Below are positions 30,246 to 40,841 of a stretch of 64,000 nt of DNA, piece after piece (the first letter of the stretch is position 1; each line of letters opens with the position of its first letter). Location: the NCBI GenBank assembly GCA_965209055.1, contig OZ242374.1:2688001-2752000 (forward strand), read 5' to 3'. The translations under genes and the position numbers were made by a program. The DNA is from Acidobacteriota bacterium. Its GTDB lineage: Bacteria > Acidobacteriota > UBA6911 > RPQK01 > JAJDTT01. The notes under the pieces were generated by a model that worked only from the letters and a program-made list of their open reading frames with translations, ran no database searches and had not been told where the DNA came from.

Positions 30246-32640
30246 GTTGAGACCCCCCCGGAAATCTTTCGCAACTTTGGCGGCGGGCTTCTGCGGCTTG
30301 TTGCTGGGCGTCGCTTGCTCCCCGGTTTCCGATCCCCCGAAATCGCCGTCCTACCCTCTCGTTGTCGGCTTCGAAAGATTTCACCGGAACGGGGATGCCG
30401 AACGGCCCCACGGAGGGGAAGTCCTCCTGGGAGAGCTGGGTTGCACCCATTGCCACGTGGCCGATGAAGCAGTCGCCCAACGGGTCATTCCCCGGCAGGC
30501 TCCCATCCTGGACGGAGTTGGCGGCCGGGTCCGCCTGACTTACCTGAAGGATTTCCTGAGTCGACCCCAGGGCGCCAAACCGGGGACGCCCATGCCCCAT
30601 CCTCTGGCAGGTTGGGCGCCGGAGGATCGGGAAGCGGCGGCCGAAGCCCTGGCCCACTTTCTCGCCTCTTTGGAAAAGCCGGATCCGGCAGAGTCCGCTC
30701 CCGAAGCGAGTCCGCACGAGATCGAGCAAGGAGAGCGGCTTTACCACACGGTCGGGTGCGTCGCCTGCCACACTCCCTTCGTGCCGGCTGGAGCCATGCA
30801 TCAGGCCGGCGGTGGGGGGTTTTCACTGGAGCAAATCCAGATCCCGGCCCCTCAAGTCCCTTCGGTCCCCATCGCGGATCAGGTGTCAAGAACGACCCTT
30901 GAGCCGCTGGCCGGTTTTCTGTTGGATCCCCTGCGGACCCGGCCCGCCGGGAGAATGCCTCCGATGCGGCTCTCCGCTGCCGAGGCACGTGCCATCGCCG
31001 TCTATCTTCTGGCGCAGGGAGGAGTTCTCCCTGATCCCCAACGCACGTCCCCCGAGGCGGAAAAGATCGCAAGGGGCCGGGTCCTGTTCCGGGAACTGCG
31101 TTGCAACGCCTGCCATCGTCTCGAGGGAGAAAAGGCCGCCGCGGCCCCGCTCCCGCGGCTTGAGGAGCTGGACCCCGAAAAACCGGGCGGCTGCCTGGAT
31201 CCGTCCCCTCGCAAGGGAGTGCCCGACTACGAACTGGACCCGGTCCAGAGAGCCGCCCTGGCCGAGGCGCTGGCGGGATTGAAGGGAGAGATTGCCCGGC
31301 TGGAGCCGGAGGCCCAGGTCCGCCGCTACCTGGAGGTCTACAACTGTTTCGCCTGTCACCAGCGGGGCGAACTGGGCGGACCCGAAGCGGGCAGGGCGGC
31401 CTATTTCCTCCCGGTGGAGGAGCTGGACATGGGGAACGAGGGCCGGCTGCCTCCTCCCTTGACCGAAGTGGGCCGCAAGTTGACGCCCCCGTGGTTGAGG
31501 AAGGTCCTGGAGGGTTCGGGCATGGTGCGTCCCTACCTGATGGTCCGGATGCCGGACTACGGCCAGGCCGCCGAAACCCTGGCGGACGCCTTGATCCGGG
31601 CCGACCATGACCTGCAGTTGCCCGTTACGGATGTCTCCGGCACCTTGCACCACCACCGGAACCGCTATGGGCGCCGCCTCATGGGGGCCGACGGTCTCAA
31701 TTGCATCAACTGCCATGGCCTCCGCGGACACCCCTCGATGGGCATGCCAGCCCTGGATCTGGCCGACACCCTCGAACGCCTCCAACCCGACTGGTTCAAG
31801 CGGTATCTCCTGGACCCCGACTCCAGCCGTCCCGGGACCCTGATGCCCACCTTCTTCGAAGGAGGGAAGGGAACGCTGACGGACGTATTGGGTGGAGACG
31901 CGGACAAGCAGATCGAGGCGATTCTCACCTACCTGAAGGAACTGGACCAGACCCGCCTGCCGGTGGGCATGGAGCCGGAAAAGTTCTTCGACCTGGTCCC
32001 CGAGGACCGGCCCATCCTGTTGCGGACCTTCATGGAGGGAGTCGGCACCCATGCCATCGCCGTGGGTTTTCCCCAGGGGATCCATTTCGCCTTCGATGCC
32101 TTGGAGGTCCGGTCCAAACTCCTCTGGAGAGGGCGGTTCCTCAACGCCGAGTCCACCTGGTCCAATCGCTTTACGCCCTTCGTGCAGCCCTTGAGCGAGG
32201 ATCGGGCCAAGCTGCCTGAAACCATGCCCCTGGCGTTTCTGGAGAGCGGCCTGAGCCCCTGGCCCGGCGGGATGGGCAAACAGGCGGGTTACCGGATGCG
32301 TGGATTCCGGGTCTCGCCTTCCGGCGAACCGACGTTCCTCTACAGTTTGCGGGGGATCGCCGTCCGGGAACAGTTGATCCCGTCCCAGGACAACGTCTGG
32401 TTTAGGCGGACTCTCGATCTCACCGGCGACGGCGAATCCGTCTGGTTCCTGGCGGCGCGGGCTCCGGAGATCGAATCCCGGGGCGCGGGACTCTATTCCG
32501 CCGGCGGTCTCAAGATCCGGCTCGGTGAGCCGGAAGCCTCCATGGCCGTGCTCCGCCGGTCGGGCGGAGCCGGCGAGTTGCTGCTGCCGGTCCGGTTCCG
32601 GGATGGGCAGGCCCGGATCGAACAGGAAGTCTCATGGTGA
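30211..32640 (+). CDS. Pentaheme c-type cytochrome (PVC-type; start uncertain)
   Basis: Five CxxCH motifs (CTHCH, CVACH, CNACH, CFACH, CINCH), each followed by P-x-x-x-MP axial-Met motifs or similar. Confidence 0.88.
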   Translation: MRNSLSRPRPAELRPPRKSFATLAAGFCGLLLGVACSPVSDPPKSPSYPLVVGFERFHRNGDAERPHGGEVLLGELGCTHCHVADEAVAQRVIPRQAPILDGVGGRVRLTYLKDFLSRPQGAKPGTPMPHPLAGWAPEDREAAAEALAHFLASLEKPDPAESAPEASPHEIEQGERLYHTVGCVACHTPFVPAGAMHQAGGGGFSLEQIQIPAPQVPSVPIADQVSRTTLEPLAGFLLDPLRTRPAGRMPPMRLSAAEARAIAVYLLAQGGVLPDPQRTSPEAEKIARGRVLFRELRCNACHRLEGEKAAAAPLPRLEELDPEKPGGCLDPSPRKGVPDYELDPVQRAALAEALAGLKGEIARLEPEAQVRRYLEVYNCFACHQRGELGGPEAGRAAYFLPVEELDMGNEGRLPPPLTEVGRKLTPPWLRKVLEGSGMVRPYLMVRMPDYGQAAETLADALIRADHDLQLPVTDVSGTLHHHRNRYGRRLMGADGLNCINCHGLRGHPSMGMPALDLADTLERLQPDWFKRYLLDPDSSRPGTLMPTFFEGGKGTLTDVLGGDADKQIEAILTYLKELDQTRLPVGMEPEKFFDLVPEDRPILLRTFMEGVGTHAIAVGFPQGIHFAFDALEVRSKLLWRGRFLNAESTWSNRFTPFVQPLSEDRAKLPETMPLAFLESGLSPWPGGMGKQAGYRMRGFRVSPSGEPTFLYSLRGIAVREQLIPSQDNVWFRRTLDLTGDGESVWFLAARAPEIESRGAGLYSAGGLKIRLGEPEASMAVLRRSGGAGELLLPVRFRDGQARIEQEVSW

Positions 32641-34133
32641 AACGTATCGGCCTCCTGTCGGCATTGGTTCTGATGTTCGCCGCGGACCTGGACGCGCAGG
32701 AAGAGGACTTCTACCGCATCGTCACCCTCCCCGTCCCGGAGACCGTCCCCTTCGAGGTCAGCGGCCTGGAACGGCTGCCCGACGGACGGATAGCCGCGGC
32801 CATCCGGCGGGGAGAAGTCTGGTTGGTGGAGGGCGCCTACAAGGAGCCGGCCGAGGGGCTCCGATTTCGCAGGATTGCCCAGGCCCTCCACGAGCCTCTG
32901 GGACTGGTTCGCCACGGCGACTCCCTCTATCTGGCCCAGAGGAGCGAGCTGACCCGGCTCCGGGATCTCGACGGCGACGACGTGATCGACGAGTATCTCA
33001 CCGTCACCGACGACTGGGGCCTCACGGGCCACTACCACGAATACGCCTACGGCCCCCGGGTCGACGGGCGCGGGGATTTCTGGATCACCCTCAACGCCGC
33101 CATCGGGAATCTGACCGCCGATGCCGATGCCTGGCGGGGCTGGGCCGTGAAGGTGACTCCGCAGGGCCGCCTGGTCCCGGTGGCGACGGGTCTGCGATCG
33201 CCTTGCGGGATCGGAATGAACGGCCGCGGCGAAGTCTTCACCACGGACCAGCAGGGAGGGTGGGTCGCCACCGGCGCTCTCCATCACGTTGAGGAGGGAG
33301 ACTTCTACGGACATCCCGACGGTCTCAAGTCGTGCTCCCTGCCCGGTTCGCCCGTCGTCTGTCCGGAGCGGATCCCCACCGGCATCACCGTCGTCGACGC
33401 GGCCAAGCAGATTCCGGGGTTCAAGTTGCCGGCGGTCTGGTTCCCCTACCGGAAGATGGGCCGGAGCGCCACCGACCTGGCGTGGGACCATTCGGCAGGC
33501 CGCTTCGGTCCCTTCCAGAGACAGCTCTTCGTGGGGGATTTCACCGACGCCATGATCTCGCGGGTGTTTCTGGAACGGGTAGGTGGACAATACCAGGGCG
33601 CCTGCTTTCGTTTCCGGGACGGATTTCAGAGCGCCGTCGTCCGCCTGGTCTTCGGAGCCGACGGCTCGCTGTTCGTGGGGGAGACCAACCGCGGCTGGAA
33701 TTCCCTGGGCACCCGTTCCTACGGCTTGCAACGCCTGGTCTGGACGGGACGCACGCCCTTCGAGGTCCGGGAGATGCGGGCCCTGCCCGACGGCTTTCGG
33801 CTCACCTTCACAGGACGCCTGGATCCGGACCGGGCCGCGCAGACCGATTCCTACCGTATGATCAGCTATACGTATCTCTACCATCCCGACTACGGCAGTC
33901 CGGAGGTCGAGACCAGGGAACTGACCCTGAGAGAGGCTCGCGTGGCCGCCGGCGGTCGATCCGTGGACCTGATTGTCGAGGGTCTCCGGCCAGGCTACGT
34001 TCACGAGCTGCACCTGCCCGGCATCGTCTCCGCCGAGGGAGAGGGACTGCTCCACGCACGCGCCTACTACACGCTGAACCGGATTCCGGCCTCCGACCCC
34101 GGCTCGGAGCCGCATGCCCGAACTCGTCCCTGA
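32634..34133 (+). CDS. Secreted beta-propeller partner of the cytochrome (PVC-type dehydrogenase-like)
   Basis: DLDGDD, YHEYAYGP, GLRSPCG, TDQQGGW, YQGACF. Confidence 0.75.
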   Translation: MVKRIGLLSALVLMFAADLDAQEEDFYRIVTLPVPETVPFEVSGLERLPDGRIAAAIRRGEVWLVEGAYKEPAEGLRFRRIAQALHEPLGLVRHGDSLYLAQRSELTRLRDLDGDDVIDEYLTVTDDWGLTGHYHEYAYGPRVDGRGDFWITLNAAIGNLTADADAWRGWAVKVTPQGRLVPVATGLRSPCGIGMNGRGEVFTTDQQGGWVATGALHHVEEGDFYGHPDGLKSCSLPGSPVVCPERIPTGITVVDAAKQIPGFKLPAVWFPYRKMGRSATDLAWDHSAGRFGPFQRQLFVGDFTDAMISRVFLERVGGQYQGACFRFRDGFQSAVVRLVFGADGSLFVGETNRGWNSLGTRSYGLQRLVWTGRTPFEVREMRALPDGFRLTFTGRLDPDRAAQTDSYRMISYTYLYHPDYGSPEVETRELTLREARVAAGGRSVDLIVEGLRPGYVHELHLPGIVSAEGEGLLHARAYYTLNRIPASDPGSEPHARTRP

Positions 34134-34154
34134 ACCGGCTGGCCGCCCGCTTCC

Positions 34155-35447
34155 TCAGGCGCTCAGAAACCAGGACTCCGGCACCCGCACGAGCTTGATT
34201 CTCCGGGTCCTCTTGCCCTTCTCGACCGTGTCGTACTGGTAGGTCATGAGCACCTGGTCGCCGGAGAAGGCCAGGGAGGGATAGTGGCATCGGAAGAAGC
34301 CGCTGGGGAGTTTGCCCGCCTTCGGGTTGACCCGGATGTGGGCCACCGGCGGAGGGGAAATCCGGCCGGCCGGTTCCAGGCCGGGACTGGAGTCCACCGT
34401 CTTGAAATTCTGCCAGGTCTTCCCCTCGTCGGCGGAGGTGGCCACCGAAAGGCGTGAACGATAGTACCCGCTTCGGATTTCGTCCCCGGAGGTCTGGTTC
34501 CAGATGACCAGCAGTTGTCCGGACTTGCGCAGCCGGTCCAGATCGCAGGGAACGTCGCCGGTGGAGAGGGCGGTGGGGCTCGCCTCATGCCAGTTCTCGC
34601 CGCCATCTTCGGAGCGGGTCTGGAAAAAGCGACCCACCTTGGTCCTCATGAGCATGAGAACAGATCCGTCCTTGAGCTCGGTCACCACCGGCTCGGCGGT
34701 TCCGCCGAATCCCCCCAGGCTCCTCTCCCCGGGAAGGGGCCAGACCATGATGGACCCCTTGGACCGCTGCCAGGTCGCTCCGCGGTCGTCGGAGAAATAA
34801 GCGAAGCAGCCGCTCATCTGAGGCCGGTGGGCGTGTCCTTCCAGGCCGATGGAATACCCGTCCAGCATTCCCGTGGCCATGGCCCGGCGGGTTTCGGGGT
34901 GAAGCCCGTTGAACTGCCAGTAAACGGGCAGCAGCAACCGTCCCGTGGAGAGCTCCGTCAATCGTCCGAAGGGAACCTGCAAGAAGGCGCCCGAAGAACC
35001 CGATCCGGGTCCCGGCAGGTCGATGTCCGATCCCTTCGACCAGTTCCGTCCGCCGTCCCGGGAGGTTGCGAAACGCAGGACTCGATGGTCCGCGTGGCGC
35101 GTCGGCGCACCGCTCAGTTCCTCGGCGTAGACCATGCCCACGGTTCCGCCTCTGAGAGGAACGAGATGGTTCCGCGTGACGTTCATGGGTTTTCCCTGCT
35201 GCATCAGTGGGAAGGGCTTTCCCCAGGTCTCTCCCCCGTCTCGGGAGAATGACCCGGAATTTTCGTTCATCAGGGTGAGAATATGGCCACGTTCCGACGC
35301 GGCCAGGATCCGTCCCGAGCCCGCCGGTAACAGCCCCTCGTAGGTGTGTCCGCTCGCCGAAACGGTGCCGGACGCCCTCAAAGCCGCGGCTCCCGCCATT
35401 GAGGTTGCCAGGAATTGCCGCCGGCTCAGGTTGTTTCTCTCTTGCAT
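34155..35447 (-). CDS. Sialidase/BNR-repeat protein, Tat signal
   Basis: SRRQFL; Asp-boxes SRDGGETW, SRDGGRNW, SDDRGATW, SEDGGENW, SADEGKTW. Confidence 0.9.
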   Translation of the reverse strand: MQERNNLSRRQFLATSMAGAAALRASGTVSASGHTYEGLLPAGSGRILAASERGHILTLMNENSGSFSRDGGETWGKPFPLMQQGKPMNVTRNHLVPLRGGTVGMVYAEELSGAPTRHADHRVLRFATSRDGGRNWSKGSDIDLPGPGSGSSGAFLQVPFGRLTELSTGRLLLPVYWQFNGLHPETRRAMATGMLDGYSIGLEGHAHRPQMSGCFAYFSDDRGATWQRSKGSIMVWPLPGERSLGGFGGTAEPVVTELKDGSVLMLMRTKVGRFFQTRSEDGGENWHEASPTALSTGDVPCDLDRLRKSGQLLVIWNQTSGDEIRSGYYRSRLSVATSADEGKTWQNFKTVDSSPGLEPAGRISPPPVAHIRVNPKAGKLPSGFFRCHYPSLAFSGDQVLMTYQYDTVEKGKRTRRIKLVRVPESWFLSA

Positions 35448-35557
35448 GCCCACTCTCCTTGATTCCGCGTCGAGTTCAAGTTTCAATTCCGCGCTACGGG
35501 ACGCAGCCCGGGCATTGTAGAATGGGCGGCTTCCGAAAACGAGGAGAAGCGGCGGCG

Positions 35558-36079
35558 GTGAAGATTCAGCAGCCACGGGTTCCGGAGTCCAAGGTTCTCT
35601 CGCGAGACCAGATGGCCGCGGAGTGTGAACGGCTCCGGGACCAGAAACGGACCATCGTCTTCACCAACGGCACTTTCGACCTCCTCCACGCCGGGCATAC
35701 CACCTATCTGAACCAGGCCAGGGAATTGGGAGACGTGCTGATCGTGGGTCTCAACTCGGACGAGTCGATCCGCTCCATCAAGGGGGACAAACGGCCCATC
35801 ATCCGGGAGCCTTACCGGTCCCGAATGCTGGCGGCCCTGGAGTGTGTGGACTACGTGGTGCTTTTTGACGAGGATGAGCCCCGGAACCTGATCGCCGAAT
35901 TGCTGCCCGATGTGCTGGTCAAGGCGGAGGACTGGGCCCACTATGTGAGCGGCCGCGATGTGGTGGAGGCCAACGGGGGCCGGGTCGTTCTGGCGCCCCT
36001 GGTGCCGGGCCTCTCCAGCAGCGGGATCATTCGGCGGATTCGGGAAGTGTTCCAGGACCGGGAAGAGGAATCCCGCTGA
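35558..36079 (+). CDS. rfaE2: D-glycero-beta-D-manno-heptose 1-phosphate adenylyltransferase
   Basis: VFTNGTFDLLHAGH, GLNSDESI, KGDKRPI, PDVLVK. Confidence 0.9.
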   Translation: MKIQQPRVPESKVLSRDQMAAECERLRDQKRTIVFTNGTFDLLHAGHTTYLNQARELGDVLIVGLNSDESIRSIKGDKRPIIREPYRSRMLAALECVDYVVLFDEDEPRNLIAELLPDVLVKAEDWAHYVSGRDVVEANGGRVVLAPLVPGLSSSGIIRRIREVFQDREEESR

Positions 36080-36099
36080 AGAACCGAGGTTAGTGCAAC

Positions 36100-37086
36100 A
36101 TGCCCGTCCAGTACATCGTCACCGGCGGCGCCGGATTCATCGGCCGCAACCTGGTGGCGGCGCTCAATGCCCGGGGCCACGAGGACATCCTCATCGTGGA
36201 CCGTCTGGGCTCCGATCAGAAGTGGAAGAACCTGCTGGGCCTCTCATTCGTCGACCTGGTGGACCTGGGCGAGTTCCGGGACTTCATGGCAGACTCCACC
36301 ATCGACGAGCTGGAGACGGTCTTTCATCTGGGGGCCTGCAGTTCCACCACGGAGCGCGACGCCGACTACCTGCTGGACAACAACTACCGTTACTCCCAGG
36401 AAGTCTGCCAATGGTGCCTTTCCAGCGACGTGCGCTTCGTCTACGCTTCCAGCGCGGCCACCTACGGGGACGGATCTCTGGGCTACTCCGATGACGAGGC
36501 CCGGATTCCCCACTACCGGCCCTTGAACATGTACGGCTACTCCAAGCAGTTGTTCGACCATTGGGCTGCCAGGGAGGGACTCTTCGACCGGATCGTGGGA
36601 CTCAAGTACTTCAACGTCTTCGGCCCCTACGAGGATCACAAGGGGGAGATGAGATCCATGGTGCACAAGGCCTACGGCCAGATCGTCTCCACCGGAAGGG
36701 TCCGGCTCTTCAAGTCGCACCGGCCCGGATACGGCGACGGCGAGCAACTGCGCGACTTCGTCTACGTGAAGGACGCGGTGGACGTGACCCTCTTTTTCGA
36801 GGACCATTCCCGGGTTTCGGGACTCTTCAACTGCGGCACCGGGCGGGCCCGGAGCTGGAACGACCTGATGAACGCCTTATTTGCCGCCATGGGACGCTCG
36901 CCGGAGATCGAGTACATCGACATGCCCGAGTCCCTGCGCAACCAGTACCAGTACTTCACCCAGGCGGACGGGGCCAAGCTCCGGTCCGCCGGTTACGATC
37001 GCCCCTTCACTTCCCTGGAAGAGGCGGTCCGGGACTATGTGACGACCTACCTGGATCCGGTCCTTGGAGGGGCCGGCCCAGCCTAG
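36100..37086 (+). CDS. rfaD: ADP-L-glycero-D-manno-heptose 6-epimerase
   Basis: TGGAGFIG, HLGACSSTTE, YASSAATYG, PLNMYGYSK, YQYFTQAD. Confidence 0.96.
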   Translation: MPVQYIVTGGAGFIGRNLVAALNARGHEDILIVDRLGSDQKWKNLLGLSFVDLVDLGEFRDFMADSTIDELETVFHLGACSSTTERDADYLLDNNYRYSQEVCQWCLSSDVRFVYASSAATYGDGSLGYSDDEARIPHYRPLNMYGYSKQLFDHWAAREGLFDRIVGLKYFNVFGPYEDHKGEMRSMVHKAYGQIVSTGRVRLFKSHRPGYGDGEQLRDFVYVKDAVDVTLFFEDHSRVSGLFNCGTGRARSWNDLMNALFAAMGRSPEIEYIDMPESLRNQYQYFTQADGAKLRSAGYDRPFTSLEEAVRDYVTTYLDPVLGGAGPA

Positions 37087-37111
37087 ATCCACCAAGTTGA
37101 AAGGAGCTCAC

Positions 37112-37975
37112 GTGGCCGAACCTCTTCGCATTCTCTCCATCGGAGCGCATCCGGCGGACATCTTCGACCAGTGCGGCGGCACCATGGCCCATCACACCGC
37201 CCGGGGCGACTGGGTGGGCTGCGTCGTCCTGACCCACGGAGCCCGGGTCCACGACAAGGTCATCAGCGACTCCATGCACGGCCGGGAGACCATCCCTGAA
37301 GCCTCGGTCCTGGAGGGAATGATCGAGGAACGCTCAGACGTGAAGGCGCAGGAAGTCCGGCGCGCCTGCCGGCTGTTGGGCGTCGAAGACCTCTACTTCT
37401 TCGGGGCCGACGACTCCATCCTGCTGGTGACCGAGGAGGTGGTCCGGCGGCTGGCCCGGCTGCTGCGGAAGCTCCGCCCCAACGTGATCCTGACCCACTA
37501 CCCCAAGGAAGGGGACGGTGTGGCCCAACCCCATGCCATTACCGGCCAGATCGTCATGCACGCTATCCACTTCGCTCACTCGGTGGACCCCGGAGACCGG
37601 AATCCGCCGACAAAGGCAGCCCAGGTCTTCTTCTTCGGAACCGGAGCCGCGGCCGTCCCCAGCGACGTCTGGGCCGCCCGGGTCGGGGTCTACAACGACG
37701 TGCTGATCGAGATCACCGATGTGGTGGGCAAGAAGCTGGCGGCGCTGGACTGCCTGGAGAGCCAGGGGTACGGTGGCGCCTACGCCCGCAAGCGGATCGA
37801 AACGAGTGACGGAGCCTTCGGGGTCGGGGGCCGCGTCGCCTACGCCGAGGGTTTCATCAAGATGAACGCCGAGGTCCACACCTATCTTCCCGTGACCAGC
37901 CACGCCCTGCGGGTGGCAAAGGAGTCGGATCATGAGATGATGCGGCGCCACTCCTACCGGGTTCGGGTGGACTAA
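37112..37975 (+). CDS. PIG-L/LmbE family deacetylase-like protein
   Basis: GAHPAD, LTHG, LRPNVILTH; metal motifs deviate from HPDD/HPDH. Confidence 0.8.
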   Translation: MAEPLRILSIGAHPADIFDQCGGTMAHHTARGDWVGCVVLTHGARVHDKVISDSMHGRETIPEASVLEGMIEERSDVKAQEVRRACRLLGVEDLYFFGADDSILLVTEEVVRRLARLLRKLRPNVILTHYPKEGDGVAQPHAITGQIVMHAIHFAHSVDPGDRNPPTKAAQVFFFGTGAAAVPSDVWAARVGVYNDVLIEITDVVGKKLAALDCLESQGYGGAYARKRIETSDGAFGVGGRVAYAEGFIKMNAEVHTYLPVTSHALRVAKESDHEMMRRHSYRVRVD

Positions 37976-37989
37976 CGTAAGGAGTTTTT

Positions 37990-38745
37990 ATGACTTCCCT
38001 ATCTTTCAAACCGCGGGTGCCCGTCTTCGACGCCAACGTCAAGGTGGGCAATCACCACACCGAAGTCTCTCCCTGTGTCGACCGCGCCAGTCTGCTGGCG
38101 GAAATGGACTCCCACGGAGTGGGCCGGGCCGTGATCTACCATGCTCTGGGTGATCTGACATCCCCGGTGGACGGAAACCGGGCGCTGGAAGCGTGGCTGG
38201 GAGACGACGGCAGGCTTCACCCTCAATGGAGCGCCCATCCGCTGCCCCGTTCCCTGGATCAGTTGCAGGAGCTGCACGCCCGGGGGCGGGTGTCCAGCGT
38301 TCGCCTGGCCGGCCTGGACATCATCGATTTCCCATTTCGCCCCTGGGGTTACGACCCGCTCCTGAGCTGGCTGAGCCGGGAGGGGATTCCGTTGTGGGTT
38401 CCGCTGCCCGAGATGGACCCCGATGACATCGTGACCACGCTCCAGGCCTATCCCGACCTGGAGACGGTGCTGGTGGGGGCTCACTATATGCACGCCATGT
38501 GGGTTCAGCCCATGCTGAAGGCGCTGCCCCGGGCAAACCTGGAACTGAGCCGCTACGAACCCATCGGCCAGATCGAGGCGCTGTTTGAGGAGTTCGGAGT
38601 GAAACGTTTCGTTTATGGATCCTGGTATTGGCGCCTCGCCATGGGCCCCATGCTCTTCTATCTGCATCACGTGGGGCTGGACGACAAGGAACTTGCACTG
38701 GTTTGCGAAGGAAATCTGCTGAGAATCCTGGGAGTGAAATCATGA
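37990..38745 (+). CDS. Amidohydrolase_2-fold protein lacking the HxH motif
   Basis: FDANVKVG, MDSHGVGRAV, RFVYGS, EGNLLRILG. Confidence 0.75.
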   Translation: MTSLSFKPRVPVFDANVKVGNHHTEVSPCVDRASLLAEMDSHGVGRAVIYHALGDLTSPVDGNRALEAWLGDDGRLHPQWSAHPLPRSLDQLQELHARGRVSSVRLAGLDIIDFPFRPWGYDPLLSWLSREGIPLWVPLPEMDPDDIVTTLQAYPDLETVLVGAHYMHAMWVQPMLKALPRANLELSRYEPIGQIEALFEEFGVKRFVYGSWYWRLAMGPMLFYLHHVGLDDKELALVCEGNLLRILGVKS

Positions 38746-39494
38746 TCGACGGTGTGCGAGTGATCGATTTTCATGGGCATGTGGGGGCCAACGACATCAT
38801 GGGGATGGTGGACGATCCCGACCTGATGCTGCACACCATGGATTCCTGCGGCATCGACGTCTCCTGCGTGTTCAACATCTACTATCCGGACGGAACCACG
38901 GGCAACGACATGACGGCCCGGTTCGTAGCCCGCCACCCCGACCGCTTCGTGGGCTTCGCCTACGTCTGTCCGTTGATGCCGGCCGACAGCATGGTGGTCG
39001 AGTTGGAACGGGCCATCGACACCCTGGGGCTCATAGCTATCAAGCTCTACCCCCCATTCGTTCACTGGTCCCTGGAACATCCCATTTGGGACCCCATCTA
39101 CGAGTTTGCCAACGAGCGGGAACTGGCGCTGATCCATCACACCGGTACCGAGTGGCAGGCCTATCCCAAGTTCCTGGCCGACGTGGCGCCCCGCTTCCCC
39201 AAGGTCAAGTTCGTCTCGGGACACTCGGGGAACACCCCCGTGGAACGGGCGCAGGCCATCGCCGCGGCCCAGGCCAACGACAACGTCTACCTGGAGACCT
39301 GCTCCACTTTCCGGACGCCGGGAGTCGTCGAGCAACTGGTGGAGGAAGGGGGAGCCGACCGGGTTCTCTTCGGCTCGGACACGCCACTGATGGATCCCCG
39401 CCCTCAACTGGGGAAAATCATCACGGCCCGGATCTCCGACGAGGCCAAGCGCCTGGCCCTCGGCGGAAACGCCGCCCGAATCCTGGGGATCTGA
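38742..39494 (+). CDS. Amidohydrolase_2 family protein
   Basis: IDFHGH, IKLYP, HHTG, GHSG, RVLFGSDTP. Confidence 0.92.
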   Translation: MIDGVRVIDFHGHVGANDIMGMVDDPDLMLHTMDSCGIDVSCVFNIYYPDGTTGNDMTARFVARHPDRFVGFAYVCPLMPADSMVVELERAIDTLGLIAIKLYPPFVHWSLEHPIWDPIYEFANERELALIHHTGTEWQAYPKFLADVAPRFPKVKFVSGHSGNTPVERAQAIAAAQANDNVYLETCSTFRTPGVVEQLVEEGGADRVLFGSDTPLMDPRPQLGKIITARISDEAKRLALGGNAARILGI

Positions 39495-39560
39495 GACCCG
39501 GCTCACCGATATCCGGCCGGCCGCGACCGACACGACCCGAAACTCGCAGGAGACGAGCAA

Positions 39561-40841
39561 TTGGAGGAGGACCGCCAATCCTTGGAGACCGGAACCGCTA
39601 AGGCCGTCATGGCGACGCCGGCCATGGACCGGTACAACGGCCGGATCCTGATCCTGAAGTCGTTCCTGATCTATTTCGCCGCTCCCGTCGTCTACATCGG
39701 CATCGTCCAGGCGGCCCTCTGCGACCGCCTCGGCGCCAGCGCCACCGTGGCCAACCTGCCCGCCTCCACCTATCTCCTGGGTTCGCTGGCGCCTCTGTTC
39801 CTCTCCTGGGTCATCCCCCACCGGTGGACCCGCACCACGCTGGTCACGGCCTATCTGGTCACCATGTCGGCCTTCCTGATGGTTCTCGCCACGCTGATTC
39901 TGCCCGTTTCCAATGCCGTGCGGCTGTGGGCCGTCGTGGGGCAGGGCCTCATCCAGGGGGTGTCGGCGTCGGTGGCCCACGTCTACGGCTTCCAATGCCT
40001 GAAGCGCGGCACGACCCCCAAGGGCCGGGCCCGGGCGTTGAAGTGGGCCTACGCGGTGTCGCCGATGGCCGGGGTGGCCGGTTCCCTCTGGGCTCAGTTC
40101 GTCCTGGGAGGAGGCATCGCGGGGCTCTCCTTCCCCTATGATTTCGGCCTCCTCTACCTGACGGGCGTGCCCTGCATGGTGGCCATTTCCATCCTCTCCA
40201 GCCGGTATCGCCTGCTGGACGTGGAGGAGGAAAAGCCGCCCAACCTGCTCCCCTACCTCTGGCGGAGCCTTCGTTCCTTCTGGACCCTCCGGATTCTGCT
40301 TCTGGTGTGGCTGGCGTATTTCTTCTGGTATCTGACCATCAACACCATGCCCAACCTGTCGCTGTTCGCCCGCGAAGCCTTGAATCGGGAGCCGCAAGAG
40401 CTCTCGGGCTGGATGATGGCCCTCCGCTTCGGATTCAAGTGCGTGGGCGGATTCGTGCTGGGCGTGATCGCCATCCGGTGGGGATTTCGGGCGCCCCTGC
40501 TGACCTGCACCGGCCTGGTGGGCGCGGCCGTCCTCTGGGCCTGGTTCATCCCCGGACACCTCTACCTGCTGGCCTTCGGCATCATGGGCGCCGGAGAGTT
40601 GGGTGGCGTCTACTTCCCCAATTACGTCATCAGCATCTCGTCGGCCGCCGATTCCACCCGCAACCTGGCCATCCTCGGACTGGTGACGCCGGTGAGCAGC
40701 CTGGGCCCGGCCCTGCACGGCGGGCTCGCCGACACGCTCGGCTTTCCGGCCAGCTTCCTCTTCGGAGTGACGGCGGCACTGGTATCCCTGACGCTGATCC
40801 TGCGGCTCTCGCCCCAAGCGGCAAATGCCCCGCATCGGTAA
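39561..40841 (+). CDS. MFS transporter
   Basis: About 12 hydrophobic segments in 426 aa; last gene of the hydrolase operon. Confidence 0.8.
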   Translation: MEEDRQSLETGTAKAVMATPAMDRYNGRILILKSFLIYFAAPVVYIGIVQAALCDRLGASATVANLPASTYLLGSLAPLFLSWVIPHRWTRTTLVTAYLVTMSAFLMVLATLILPVSNAVRLWAVVGQGLIQGVSASVAHVYGFQCLKRGTTPKGRARALKWAYAVSPMAGVAGSLWAQFVLGGGIAGLSFPYDFGLLYLTGVPCMVAISILSSRYRLLDVEEEKPPNLLPYLWRSLRSFWTLRILLLVWLAYFFWYLTINTMPNLSLFAREALNREPQELSGWMMALRFGFKCVGGFVLGVIAIRWGFRAPLLTCTGLVGAAVLWAWFIPGHLYLLAFGIMGAGELGGVYFPNYVISISSAADSTRNLAILGLVTPVSSLGPALHGGLADTLGFPASFLFGVTAALVSLTLILRLSPQAANAPHR

